Part shown: piece after piece, positions 35,960 to 48,980 of the stretch | How positions within the stretch are numbered: the stretch's first letter is position 1 | Layout: each line of letters starts with the position of its first letter | Assembly (NCBI RefSeq): GCF_030684315.1 | Contig: NC_081379.1 | Location: 9,136,294 to 9,200,293, forward strand | Direction: 5' to 3' | DNA: 64,000 bases | Origin: Stegostoma tigrinum | Lineage: Eukaryota | Program-made: the position numbers and the translations under genes | Notes under the pieces: model-generated | Databases searched by the model: none | What the model saw: only the letters and a program-made list of their open reading frames with translations | Told to the model about the DNA's origin: nothing

Positions 35960-36325
35960 CTTATATTTGCTAGAGAATGATGAGGGGGTCTCTTAGAAAC
36001 TGATCAAATCCTAATAGGCAGGTGCCAATGATGGGGGAGAACAGACCAGGAGTCACAGTCTTAAGGATACTGGGTAAACTATTCAAGGCTGAATGAAGAG
36101 AAATTTCTTCACCCGGAGAGTGGTGAGCCTATGGAATTCACTGCTACAGACAGCAGTGGAGGACAAAATATTGTATGATTTCAAAAAGGAGTTGGATATA
36201 GCACTTTGGATTAAAAAGGATATGGGGGAAAAGGTAAGAATAGGTTATTGAGTTGGATAATCAACCACAATCATCGTAAATGGTCAAATGGCCAACTCCT
36301 GCTACTACATTTCTCAGTTTCCCTG
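35960..36325 (+). mobile_element. CR1 LINE 3' end
   Basis: AATTTCTTCACCCGGAGAGTGGTGAGCCTATGGAATTCACT. Confidence 0.75.
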
Positions 36326-37194
36326 TGTCACTGGGTAATGTTGCATGGGCAGTTGGTGAATATCATGGTACTCTCCCCATTGATTGAGCCTTGGGTTCCA
36401 CCCAGACTGTGACAGGGAGGCCTAACCCACTGAACTGGAACCCTTCAAACAAAGGGGCAAGGGGAATGAATAATAATTTACAGTTACTTGTCCTCTACCA
36501 TGGACAACACGGTAAAATACAATGAATAGCTTCAACAGTTGCCACAATCCGGCACCATTTGGATACTTCAAGAATAAAAAGACAAAACGGAAAGAAAATC
36601 CATCTTTGTTCGGCTGCCTCCACCAGGCAGCAGGTGATACATGGTCGTGGGCTCATTCCACTGATGGCAAAACACTAGCAACCTCAAAACTGCCTCCCAT
36701 GAGGAGTGAACTGAGAAAGAGTGACTGCCCATCTTGATGGTGTGATCCAATGTTCCTAATCCTCACCCACACATAGTATTCTAGATGAGGGAACAAAGGT
36801 CCCAAAGATCCTCTTTTTCCCAGACCTCTGATCTCCCCAACCACTACCACTGGGCACAGGAAATGAATACATGAATAAGAAGGTCATAGAGGCATACAGA
36901 TCCTGTAAGTGAAGACAGTTTTATCATGGAAGGGCAAAATGTGTCAGCGCAGGTTTGGAGGGCTGAAGGGCCTGTTCCTGTGCTATATCGTTTTTGCTTC
37001 TTTGTTCTTTGTTCTGAAGAGGCTTGTTGGGAGAAATGAGTTGGTCAAGCAGGGATACCTACTTTGCCCTACTTTTGGACTTGACTACAATGGAGTTCAA
37101 TGCATCTTTCCCAAGGAAGAATTCGATTCAGTACACAATATCTGAGCAAGATACAGGGCTATGAAGGAGTGATGGGGGCAGATTTAGAAATGAA

Positions 37195-37450
37195 GGAAGA
37201 ATTGCTGGAAAGGCTCAGCAGATCTGGCAGCATCTGTGGAGAGAAATCAGAGTTAAATTTTCGGGTCCAGTGATCCTTTTTCAGAACTGATGACAACTGG
37301 GCAAATTTAAATTGGTTTAGCTATTTTTACAGCAAGACCTTATAAGTAGTTTATCAACATGAAATGCACACTCTGTTTCTCTTTCCACAGATGCTGCCTG
37401 ACCTGCTGAGTTTCTCTAGAACTCTCTGTTTATATTTGGGATTTCCACCA
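37195..37450. mobile_element. Two inverted family B pLTR pieces (37195-37290 minus, about 37355-37450 plus)
   Basis: CTCAGCAGATCTGGCAGCATCTGTGGA versus TCCACAGATGCTGCCTGACCTGCTGAG. Confidence 0.75.
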
Positions 37451-37540
37451 TCCAACAATTTCACTTTTGTCTCATTTAAGTGGAAGTGGTGAGAGTGTCA
37501 CTTTTCAGCTGGTCGTATTGAGCTTAGAATACAGACTTAC

Positions 37541-37805
37541 ACAGCAGATTCTTAGTCGAAAACTAACATTAATACTGAAGTGATACTGTAAATGGCTGCC
37601 AGAAATAGCCAGTTCAAAATTACACTTTTTCTCATAGGCTATTGATTCATATATTTTTCTGAAATTCTTCAGCTCTCTTCAGAAGGAATAGGTCAACACT
37701 AATGCTAAACACTGCAAGTTGACTCAAGCGTTAACGAGTGAATAACCAAGCCTTTCTTCTTCGCTATCAAGGCTGCGATTAGCAAAGTGTTTTAATAAGA
37801 ACTTA
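37541..37805 (-). pseudogene. Exon-like block with two in-frame TGA stops
   Basis: gtgctgtag|T AAG TTC..TGC TGT|gtaagt, 88 codons: KFLLKHFANRSLDSEEERLGYSLVNA*VNLQCLALVLTYSF*RELKNFRKIYESIAYEKK. Confidence 0.25.
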
Positions 37806-40800
37806 CTACAGCACAAGCTTAACATTGCTGGAAAATGGTTTCACTTCATTCTGCACTTGGTAAGTTGTAACATGAATACGTATTTAGGATTTTGGAGCAA
37901 AATGTTATTTTTTTTTAAAATGTGCTCACAGGATGTGGGCACTCAGCCAGGGTCAGCATTCACATTATTTAAATGCAACTGACTTGCTAAGCCATTGGTC
38001 CTGAAGTCACATTTAGGTCAGATTAAGTCAGGATGGCAGATTTCCTTCTCGAAGGGACATTAGTTATTCAGATTGATTGACTTCGAATAATTAGTGTCAC
38101 TGGTATTTAAGGGAAAATACAGCAAAAATCTTCAACTGTTGTCAAGCTACGGTGCCAATTTGAATAACTTCAAAATTAAAAAGTAAGCTGAAAGACAGTC
38201 CATTTTTATTCTTTATTCACTGCCCCAATTCAAAGTTTCTCCCTGATGTCATCTCACTGGACCCACCAACTTCAGAATTGCCCCACCTCAGGTGCCATCT
38301 CCTGTTGCTGTATATAAATTGCTGGTGCAGTCAATGCCCCTCTGCCATGCCTCGTTGTCACCAGCACTAGAACTGACAAATTAGGAGTTACCGTTCTCCA
38401 GGTGCCATCTCTTCATTGCTGGGCCAATCTCAACAAAAATGCCAATGCCGCTGGGCCAATATTGACGATAATGCCAATGCCCATGATGGGCCCATACTCG
38501 CCCGTTCCCCATAAGAAACACGAGAAGGAAGAGTAAAAGAAAGAAAAAGAAAAGCAGACGGAGAAATGAGCAAATGAGCCCTTGACTCAAACTGGGTTTT
38601 TGCGACAATCCAGCAACTTTAGAGGCATCAGTGCTAATACCAGCTTTCGATTCCAGGCTTATTTCATAAACCGAATTTAAATGCCATTGAGGCTGAGTTG
38701 GGATTTGAACTCATATTTATTTCCCGAACATGAAAGAAAAATAAGCAAGAGATATACAGATTTTAAGTAGCATGCAAAAGAAGCAAGGCTAAAGTGAGGA
38801 AAATCTTTTTCACTCTGCGAGTAGTTTAGGTCTGGAATGCGCTGTTTGGAAATATGGGGGAAGCAGGTTCTATGGAGGAATTTAAGAGGTCATTGGATGA
38901 ATGTTTGGATAGAAATGATGTTCAGGGGATGAATAAAGTCACCGTAGACTTACCCGACCAAAAAGTCACCATAGGGCTTCCCGTTAGACAGAAACAATGA
39001 GTGGTGGTTTAATCTGAGGAGAGGCTGAGAGACAGGATCCTTCATGATAACCGCAGCTATTTACGGGAATTGAACCCACACTGTTGGAGTCAGTCTGCAT
39101 CACAAACCAGCCAGCCTACTGAAATAAACTGACAAGGCAAAAAAATTGGCATTCAGTAATGGAGCTGGTACAGACATGATGGGCTGAATGGCTTCTTTCT
39201 GCACGACAACAATTCTATGATTGTGATACTGCAACATACCCTTTCTCTTCCTTCACTCCTTTCGCTCCATTCCCCTCTATGTTTACTTGTCCATTGATTC
39301 TGTTGATTCTAGAATTTGGTTTACATTTAAAGAGATTTTTTTTACAAAAAAACTTACAATGGCACACATAATAGCAAGTTGGGAACTGCAGGCATTTGAG
39401 TGACACAGCAGTAAGTAAATTCTTTTAAAATAATATCTTCAAGCCTACAATGATGGGATGTGTCATGGGCAGTGATAAGGTGTGACAAATGTCTTCAATC
39501 TGAAACTTGCTACAGTTCACTTGGCTTATCAACGTCCCGAAGTAGCCGAGCAACCCCAGTCGAGAAGTTATTTATCATAACTTGATTGCATCCTGTGACA
39601 ACTCCTCCAAGTATAACACCTAGATGATAGAACATCATAGCACAAGAAAAAAACTCATGTTTCTATTTCGGTTAAATCACTGTGAGAAAGTGACATTGCA
39701 ATGCAGTTTCAATTGAACTTCTAAGACTACAATAGCCTTTCTTTTCGTTCAGAGCATTGTGAAAATAAAAGTGAAATTGCAGAAATAACAGCTGACTGTA
39801 CAAGAATGATAAATACCTATACGCACATACTCACAATCACTAACTGTGGCATTGCCTGGCACTACCTAAGGAGGTATTTAAAGAAACATAAAAGTACGGA
39901 AGCCTGTGCATTTATATGCATCTACTTTAATGTGATGACCAAGACTGCACTCCGCAGTGCAGGGTTTCAAAAACATTGGCAAAGGCCAACAATAAGGTCT
40001 CATGCATTGAGGAAATGACATCAAACCCTGTATCTGAAAGAGCCACCAGCTATCAGAGAGAAGAATGGTTGATGAAGGCTAGAGATTGATATCTTTTGAG
40101 ATTCCTGGAAGCAATGTGAATATTTGACTTCACTGCAAACATGTACAGATGCAAAAGATACCAGGGATAGCAGGTATGGAACTTGAGAGAAACAAGTTCT
40201 AAAAAAATGTTATCACCATTGATGGTGATAACATTGTGATGCAATGAAAGTTTTGGTCCACCTCGGCCATTTTCCGCTTAACTGCCTGTTAGAATGAATA
40301 ATAATAAACTGAGCCTCCAAGAAATTAATCACTGTGTAAAATAAGTCTTCAGGATTCCAACCTGATCCCAAGATTATCCATGATGATATTTCCTATGACT
40401 GAGTTCCAAGAAGACAGAGAATTCGGTGCACAATGCATTCTGAAGGCTTTTGTATTTATAATTGTCTCTGAATTCCAGGCAATCTCTGATTTGGTTACTT
40501 TTCAGCATAATTTTAGATTTAACTTTAACACTGGTTAACTGTTCTTGGTGTAAGTCCGATCCCACATATTCACTATTCTAAAGAAAAGCTAAACAAACCT
40601 TTCAGATTCACTTTATTACATCTTAACTTCCTCATGTGGCCTACTCAGTTGGTGAAGTGTTCTACAGGCAGTCCAATTTTTAAACCCTGTCAATGTTCAA
40701 AGAGCTGGATCACAGCGTCTTTAAATGTTCTTTTCTCCTGCTAGAACTCAATTCTACCAACCTATTCCCACAGCTTGGTTTTAGATCGCAATCACTCGTG

Positions 40801-40996
40801 CTGTTTGTTAGTCTGTTCTTGCGTTTGATTAATCATCCCTTCACAGCAGGAGTGCCCCAATATCCCAGACGTATTTTATAACATCCCTGTCAATTACATG
40901 AAAGAATGAACAAGCAATCAGAATTCATCCTTGCATTTAAGTTGCCGATGTTAGTAACATCTTCCTTTTGGCCAATGGGTTGACTTACTCTCGTAC

Positions 40997-41490
40997 ATGT
41001 GCACGCGCACACACACACAAACACACACACACATGCGCATTCACACACACACACACGCATACACACATAGGCGCATACATACACATGCACACAAACACGT
41101 GCACACAAACGCACGTACTCACACACACATGCNNNNNNNNNNNNNNNNNNNNNNNNNNNNNNNNNNNNNNNNNNNNNNNNNNNNNNNNNNNNNNNNNNNN
41201 NNNNNNNNNNNNNNNNNNNNNNNNNNNNNNNNNNNNNNNNNNNNNNNNNNNNNNNNNNNNNNNNNNNNNNNNNNNNNNNNNNNNNNNNNNNNNNNNNNNN
41301 NNNNNNNNNNNNNNNNNNNNNNNNNNNNNNNNNNNNNNNNNNNNNNNNNNNNNNNNNNNNNNNNNNNNNNNNNNNNNNNNNNNNNNNNNNNNNNNNNNNN
41401 NNNNNNNNNNNNNNATATGCACGCCCGCACACACACACATACACACATGCACACATACACGCATATGCGCAAGCACCAGCACCCACACAC
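40997..41490. repeat. Degenerate (CA)n/(CG) microsatellite
   Basis: Visible on both sides of the gap. Confidence 0.95.
41133..41414. other. Assembly gap (282 N)
   Basis: Run of N. Confidence 0.99.
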
Positions 41491-42306
41491 GTTTTATCCT
41501 GTTATCTCATAATTATTTACATTACAATTCTTCAGAACTCCTTAACTTAATGTTTTTCCTTCAGTTTCAATGCGATCAATCTTCTTGACTTTGGGCACCA
41601 AACCACACCACTTGGCATTATCAGCTAATTTTGAAACATTATACTGCAAAGGTTTGAACGGTGCATGTGACTGCAAGTCCATCTCGAGCCTGAAATAGCT
41701 CACTGAAGATCTATGCCAGTCAATGCTCCCTTGGTAGAACTGTCTCCATTTATCATCACCTTCTGCTTTCTGTTGCTGAGCCAATTTGCAACTCTTCTTT
41801 AAAAGCCTCACGTGTAGAACTCTATCACATTCCTGTCAAACCATGTAAGCAGGACTGCAGCCTGAACTGTCCTTTTTCATTCCATTTCTGGCATAATTTA
41901 GAGAAAATGTAAACTGCTCTTTTTCAGCCTCCCTTTGTCTCTCTTCCTGTTTTCTTGAAGGTGTTGAGGAGTGCGAGGTTGGACTCAATCTCCTGTTATA
42001 CAAAGTTACAGTTCTGAAGTAGTTAATGCTCATGTTCTATTGGCAGCACCTACTCTACACTGACTGGGGTGGAGACACAAGTTCTGATCTTAGTTTCAGA
42101 GGGACTAGATATATCACTACCAGCTCCCTGAGATCTAGTTATTCTCTCTGATCAAATGTCGTTTTCCTTATTGCAAATATGCAGTGAACCGTCTGGTTAT
42201 CAAAGGACAGTGCCGCTTCTGTTGGTAGTCTATGCTGGTGCTACTTTCACCATTAGTCACCAGATGAGACCATAACAATGCAAAGGCTAATTAAGATTGC
42301 CTTTCG

Positions 42307-42629
42307 ATTAGATTATATTAGATTCCTTACGGTGTGGAAACATGCCCTTCGGCCCAACAAGCCCACACCGCCCTTTGGAGCATCCCTCCCAGACTCATCC
42401 CCCTATAACCCACACGCCCCTGAACACTACGGGCAATTTAGCATGGCCAATCCATCGAGCCCGCACATCTTCGGACTGTGGGAGGAAACCGGAGCACCCA
42501 GAGGAAACCCACGCAGACATGGGGAGAATGTACAAACTCCACACAGACAGTTGCCTGAGGTTGGAATCGAGCCCGGGTCCCTGGCGCTGTGAGGCTGCAG
42601 TGCTAACCACTGAGCCACCGTGCCGTCCC
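42307..42629 (-). mobile_element. Young full-length HE1 V-SINE
   Basis: A-box TGGCTCAGTGG, B-box GGCTCGATTCC, CpG-rich V-domain, HER1 tail TTGGGCCGAAGGGCATGTTTCC, and (TCTAA)n end. Confidence 0.95.
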
Positions 42630-42899
42630 AACCTGATCAACCTGATTACCCTGCGCCTAGTAGAGGTAATAAATATTGAATGTTACCAGGAGTAGCCATC
42701 GGGGGAATTACACACCTCCCTCCAATGCTTCTGAACTGAAAAAGCCTCTCTGAGGTTCCTGAATTCATTCTAAGCACCCTCAAAAATAGTTGATACTGGA
42801 AAGGGAAGGCTACCACTTACTCTAAGCTCAGAATAGAGAATCTCTTTTGAGCTTTGAATCTTTGAACCTATCTATTTTCACCTTTGTGCCTTGCCGTCT

Positions 42900-43220
42900 A
42901 AGCATACTCATTGGATGTGGGTATCATCATCCGAGCCTTGCCCTTGAACTGTTAGATCATTTCAAAAGGCAATTAAAAATCAACCACATTGCAGTGGGTC
43001 TGGAGTCACATGTAGACAATTCAGAGCGACAGGCTTCCTTCTCTAAAGGGCTTTGGTGAACTAAATGGGTTTTTGTGGCTTTTGTTGCTACTGGTCTAGG
43101 TTTTGATTCCAGACTTTTTCATTGAATAAAAATCGCACATCTGCTACGGTGAGACTTATCTCATGTTAGCGTAACATGGATTACAAACCTAGGGGCATTA
43201 ACACTATGCCAAAGCCCCTC
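42900..43220 (-). mobile_element. tRNA-derived SINE with CR1-group tail, degenerate
   Basis: CAACCACATTGCAGTGGGTCTGGAGTCACATGTAG. Confidence 0.7.
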
Positions 43221-45485
43221 TCTTTATCTCTCTTTATTCCTTTCCTTTCCAACTAAGTATCAATAATTATGTTGAGCTTATAATATCCATGGTTTTCTTC
43301 AGGAAGCATTTTAATTGTGTATATTCAAGCCAATGGTTGGTTGAATTCTCAGGAAATTAACAAAAAATGGATAGAGCACAGAGCAGGTGATGTTGAGGAA
43401 GAAGAGATGAATAGTCAGTTCAAAGTTTGTATTTCCTTCTCAACATCTAATTTTCTTATGTCCTGCAATCTGGTGATTGGAGAAGGTTTCACTGCCTTCC
43501 TTAATCTGAATGCTTTCTTCTTTTTAAACCTGTATCTCAATGTGTTGCTGTGGTGAACAATTTGTGCATAGCCTGTTTCATCCTGAAACCTTTCTTTGGG
43601 TCACCCAAAGTTCTCCAAATTGTCCAACGGAGACATATTCAACTTTTTTCCCCTTTGAAGTAACGGTGCAAATCCCTCGGAAATGGAAACATCAAGAGGG
43701 CCACAAACCACAATCTGTGTAAGATGAGATTTCTTCAGTGGAACTCTTGAGACCGAAAAAGAATTGAGTTTTGGTTTCCTATCCTCATCAGCAAAACCGA
43801 TCATTACACAAAGTGAACGCTCTTTTTATAATTGTATGTAAAAGAGGGAAGGTAAATTGTGACAGCCCCATCTATTCCTTGAAAATGAAAGAAATCAGAA
43901 ATAGGGTCAGCCTTTTACCACTAGAGTCACTATTTGCCTCCTTAAGCTACATTTTAAATTGGAGCTCACCCCTGAGGACTGGCAAAACGCTTTCATATCA
44001 GTATTGTGTTACACTTCTCCTACGGCAACAGCAAAGAATAATAAAGTGCATTACGCTGACAGAAGAGATAAATATATTAGCTCAGTGAAAGGCTATCACT
44101 TTCTCATTGCTGTACACAAGCCCCGAAGCCATGATTTCAACACATACATCAAGGAAGTCTATTTGTGAATTGAACACAAAGAAATGGCCTTTACGTCCTC
44201 AGGTTTGTTATTGGCCATTCTTGCTGTGCAAAAAAAAAGACTTCCTGTGAATTAACCAATGCAGAGACAGACCCTTTCTGGCTAATTTTGCAATTTTGTC
44301 AGAATGTCGGAGAGGGTGCATCATTTCTATGTCTTTAGGGGCCACACAGCCTTCCGTTTCTGAAGGAACTGCCCAGTCTGCGTACAGCTGAGATGACTAT
44401 CTCTCCGAATTCTAAGGAGGGAGCTTCTCACCTAACAAGAAGATAACTACCGCCAAACATTGAAATGTCAGAAGCTAAACTAGGCCTTTGCAGTTTCTGT
44501 CTTCATAATGTGTTTTATACCTTTGAAGCATATAAAAAGACATATCTTCCTTTTACTTTGTTTTACACTGCTCCTACGAAGTGCCTCGGGTTGGTTCATT
44601 CCATTAAAGGTGCTATATAAATCTAAGTTCTCATAATAATCAGTGCCCCAGTTAGCAAATGCATTACTGACTGAGGAAATCAGCTCCTGAGGTCAGGGAT
44701 ATTCATGGCCAAGTGCAGACAGGTGAGTCTAGTTTAGTTTGGGATTATGGTTGGCATGGATTGGTTGGACTGAAGTGTCTGTTTCAATTCGATATGATTC
44801 GATGGCAGAATTGAGTTGGTACAAGGGTCTAGTGGATGGGTGCTTTGTGATGTATCGAGAATGGCAAAATTGAGGATCAGCAATGGATCCTTGTTCTGGC
44901 GTTTGTGCAGTTGCTCCTGCTATAAACAGAAAGGGAAAGAAACAGGGACTACTATTAATATAGAGTCTTCCACAACGTCAGAATGTCAGCAAATGCTTTG
45001 CAACTCATTAAGTACTTTTTGAAAGTAGTTCTGTTGTAATGAAGGAAACAACGCTCATGTGTTGGGGTGAAAGTCAGGTCTTTGCATGATTCAACACCAT
45101 GATGACATTCATTGTTTCGGCTCATACATCAGGCTTGAGCCAGCATAAAGTTTAAAAAGTTTCTTTCTATAAAGTACTTTCCTGTTCTCAATCCTTCTTA
45201 CTTTCAATCTCTCCAAAACCATGCATCACACACAATTGATAGGACAGTTTGCACATTTCTCAAAACCATCACCAAGGGGAGTTGCAGGTGCTGCCCTAGT
45301 GATAACAGTTATCTCCAGAATTTTCCAACCAATCCCTCAGTCTGTTATAATATTGCACAGATCTCAAAAACGCACTATAACTTTAGTACAGCTAACTGGC
45401 ATCTCTTGATACTCTACAAAAACTGCATCCATCTTAGTCTTCGTTAATCAATCAGTCAGTTAAAAGCAGCTCGTCAGTTGGTCTG

Positions 45486-45635
45486 AGATAGTAGGAACTG
45501 CCGATGCTGGAGTCTGAGGTAAAACGGTGCAGAGCTGGATGAACACAGCAGGCCGGGCAGCATCAGAGGAGCGGGAAAGCTGATGTTTCAGGTCTGGGCC
45601 CAAAACATCAGCTTTCCTGCTCCTCTGATGCTTGG
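45486..45635. mobile_element. Fold-back PLE family A-variant pLTR
   Basis: Inverted arms. TSD CAGTTGGTCTG at 45475-45485 and 45636-45646. Confidence 0.9.
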
Positions 45636-45802
45636 CAGTTGGTCTGTTAGTCAACCAATCAGTTATGCTTCAAATGTAACAGTAATATAAGCACAGAAAC
45701 TGAACTACAGGTAAGTGTGTAGTATCATATCAGTGTACATAGTTGGTGTTGTTAATAAACTTCAAGACATCTGTCTCAACAAGAACCCAGATTTCATAGT
45801 AT

Positions 45803-47172
45803 ATAAGACCATAAGACCATAAGACATAGGAGTGGAAGTAAGACCATTCAGTCCATCAAGTCCACTCTGCCATTTAATCATGGCTGATGGACATTTCAAC
45901 ACCACCTCCCTGCACTCTCCCCATAGCCCTTGATTCTTTGTGAGATCAAGAATTTATCGATATCTGCCTTGAAGGCATTTAACGTCCCGGCCTCCACTGC
46001 GGCAATGAATTCCACAGGTCCACCACTCTCTGGCTGAAGAAATGTCTCCTCATTTCCGTTTTAAATTTACCCCCTCTAATTTTAAGGCTGTGCCAACGGA
46101 TCCTAGTCTCCCCACCTAACGGAAACAGCTTCACAGCATCCACCCCTTCTAAGCCATACATTATCTTGGAAGTTTCTATTAGATCTCCCCTCAACCTTCT
46201 AAACTCCAATGAGTACAATCCCAGGATACTCAGTTGTTCATCGTACATTAAACCTACCATTCCAGGGATCATCTGTGTGAATCTATGCTGGACACACTCC
46301 AGTGCCACTATGTCCTTTCTGAGGTGTGGGGCCCAAAATTGGACACAGTATTCTAAATGGGGCCTAACTAGAGCTTTATAAAGCCTCAGAAGCACATCGC
46401 TGCTGTTATATTCCAACCCTCTTGAATAAACGACAACATTATATTCGCTTTCTTAATCACGGACTCTACCTGCAAGTTAACCTTTAGAGAATCCTGGACC
46501 AACACTCCCAGATCCCTTTGTACTTCTGATTTATGAATTTTCTCACTGTTTAAAAAATAGTCCATACCTGTATCCTTTTTTCCAAAATGCAAAACCTTGC
46601 ATTTGCTCACATTGAATTTCATCAGCCATTTCCTGGACCACTCTCCTAAACTGTCTAAATCTTTCTGCAGCCTCCCCACCTCCTCAGTACTTCCTGCCTG
46701 TCCACCCATCTTTGTATCATCAGCAAACTTCGCCAGAATGCCCCCAGTACCTTCATCCAGATTATTAATATATAAAGTGAACAGCTGCGGCCCCAACACT
46801 GAACCCTGTGGGACACCACTTGTCACTGGTTGCCATTCTGAAAAAGAGCCTTTTATCCCAACTCTCTGCCTTCTGTCAGACAGCCAATCCTCAATCCAAG
46901 CCAGTAGCTCACCTCGAACACCATGGGCCCTCACCTTGCTCAGCAGCCTCCCGTGATGCACCTTATCAAAGGCCTTTTGGAAGTCTAGATAGATAACATC
47001 CACTGGGTCTCCTGGTCTAACTTACCTGTTACCTCTTCAAAGAATTCTAACAGGTTTGTCAGGCATGACCGCCCCTTACTAAATCCATGCTGACTTGTTC
47101 TAACCTGACCCTGCACTTCCAAGAATTTAGGAATCTCATCCTTAATAATGGATTCTAGAATTTTACCAACCA
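45803..47172 (-). mobile_element. 5'-truncated CR1 LINE, RT domain to 3' tail, frameshifted
   Basis: SQHGFSKGRSCLTNLLEFFE / DVIYLDFQKAFDKV..GVPQGSVLGP..KFADDTK / LYKALVRPHLEYCVQFWAP..FFSQRVVDLWNSLP, then (TCTTATGG)n tail. Confidence 0.95.
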
Positions 47173-47391
47173 TATGTTGGATTGATTAGCATATGAAGGA
47201 AGTGCTCAGATCGTATCATACTGGCAGTGATGTTTTACCCGAGGAAAACTACATTACAGCCCAATCTCCTAAAGTAACATGGCTGACATCTGGAAAGCGG
47301 GTAGAAATGACCAGGATTGTAGTTATAGACAGAGGGATGGGGGTTCACCTCTGACCTAAGACAAAACTGCCCGCAATGTGATCCATTTGGC

Positions 47392-47485
47392 GTAACACAG
47401 TGTGCAGTTGGATGAACACGGCAGGCCACGCAGCATCAGAGGAGCAGGAAAGCTGACGTTTCAGGTTGACATCCTTCTTCAGAAA
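47392..47485 (-). mobile_element. PLE family A-variant pLTR
   Basis: GCAGCATCAGAGGAGCAGGAAAGCTGACGTTTC..CCTTCTTCAG. Confidence 0.8.
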
Positions 47486-47856
47486 TCAAAGATCTCTTTG
47501 GCATTCATTTTAGTCAAAGGCTCTCCAAGTTTCTAATGATATTGATATCCTCGTACAGTGTAATTAGTTAACCTCATTGAAGTATTCTCACAGACAGTAG
47601 CCCAGGAAATAAAATATACTGATTATTACCCAATTATCAGAGCTTCTACAGGAAACAAAACATAGACTGAGTCATATGCACTAGAAGCAGAAACATCATA
47701 AGCTGTGTAAACTGTAAAAAAGTTGTTATTGTCTTAAAATATTATGAAATTCTTTCCAGTTAATATGACATACTTATCGTCTTGGGCTTCCAGGGCAGAG
47801 AGCTTGTTCAGCAATACTAATGACTTACTATACTCTTATAAGCCAAGTTTACTGTG

Positions 47857-48305
47857 GAAGTGGTGGCCTAGTTGTAATGTCACTATACTCACATTTCAGG
47901 GGTTATGGGTTTGAGAATCCTACCATGGCAGATGGTGAAGTTTGAACTCAATACAAATCTGGAACTTAAAATGAAAAGCTGGCTTCATGATAATCATGTA
48001 ACTAGTATTGGTTGTTGTAAAAACCCCTCTGGTTCATTAACACCCATTTGGAGATGGAATCTGCTGACGATCTGGCCCATATGTGACTTCTGACCCACAG
48101 GAATGTGGTTGACTCTCAACTGCCCCCTGGGTAATTAAGGAGGGGTGACTGAACCCGAAACATTAACTCTGCTTTCTCTCCACAGATGCTGCCAGACCTG
48201 CTGAGCTTTTCCAGCAATTTCTGCTTTTGTTTCTGGGTAGTCAAGGGCAGGCAATAAATCCTGGGGTGGTTAGTGATGTCTTTGTCCCATGAATGAATGA
48301 AGAAA
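47857..48305 (+). mobile_element. tRNA-derived SINE interrupted by a family B pLTR (48141-48232)
   Basis: Same family as 29973. Insert flanked by CTGGGTAATTAAGG and CTGGGTAGTCAAGG. Confidence 0.8.
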
Positions 48306-48419
48306 AGAGAAGGCTGCACACTATAAATAAAGTGTATTTTCAGAGGTTTTAACAGCTATATTGTATCTTGAAGTGGGAAAGTTCTCCTCACTTCAGAGAC
48401 TTATTACAACTGTCATCTG

Positions 48420-48980
48420 CTGAGACATCATTCAAGGTTATGGTGACGTTCAAAAACAAACAGCACCATCTTGGACTAAGCAACCTGCTGCATCTGCACT
48501 CCATCCAATAATCTTGATGTTTACTTAACCCTAAACTGACACATAGTAGCAGCAGTGTGTACTATATACAAGCTGCACCGTGTCAACTTGTTATTTGATA
48601 GCATTTTTCTAAAGAAGGGTCCCAACCTGAAATGTCAGCTTTTCTGTTCTTCTTATGCTGCCTGGCTGCTGTGTTCCTCCAGCTCCACACTGTGTTATCT
48701 CTTATTTGATAGTATCTGCCTGGCCTATCACCTCTATCAGCCAGAAGGAGAAGGACAATGGGTGCATGTGAACGCAGCCACTTGTAAATTTCTCTGAAAG
48801 TCACACACCATCCTGACTTAAAACTATATCACTGTGCCTTCAATATCCTGGAAGAACCTCCACTAAGAGTGTCCCTACAAAAAAGGATGACAGCTATTCA
48901 AGAAAGCAGCTCACTATCACCTTCTCAAGAGCAACAACTACTGGGCTTGCTAGTTCAGTTCACATATAATGAAAGAATAA
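48420..48980 (+). mobile_element. CR1-group LINE 3' part with a family A-variant pLTR insertion (about 48605-48701)
   Basis: TSD TTATTTGATAG at 48591-48601 and 48702-48712. Confidence 0.7.

Noticed and set aside
40890-41588. Long ORFs (123-206 aa) on both strands
   Set aside because: Artefacts of the CA microsatellite and the 282-N gap.
37541-42033. Selenoprotein interpretation of the in-frame TGAs
   Set aside because: No recognisable SECIS or selenoprotein family, and neighbouring blocks contain TAA/TAG stops, so ordinary decay is more parsimonious.
42560-42629. tRNA-like A and B boxes (also at 5707, 6698, 29973)
   Set aside because: These are SINE heads. No complete cloverleaf, and they continue into SINE bodies.
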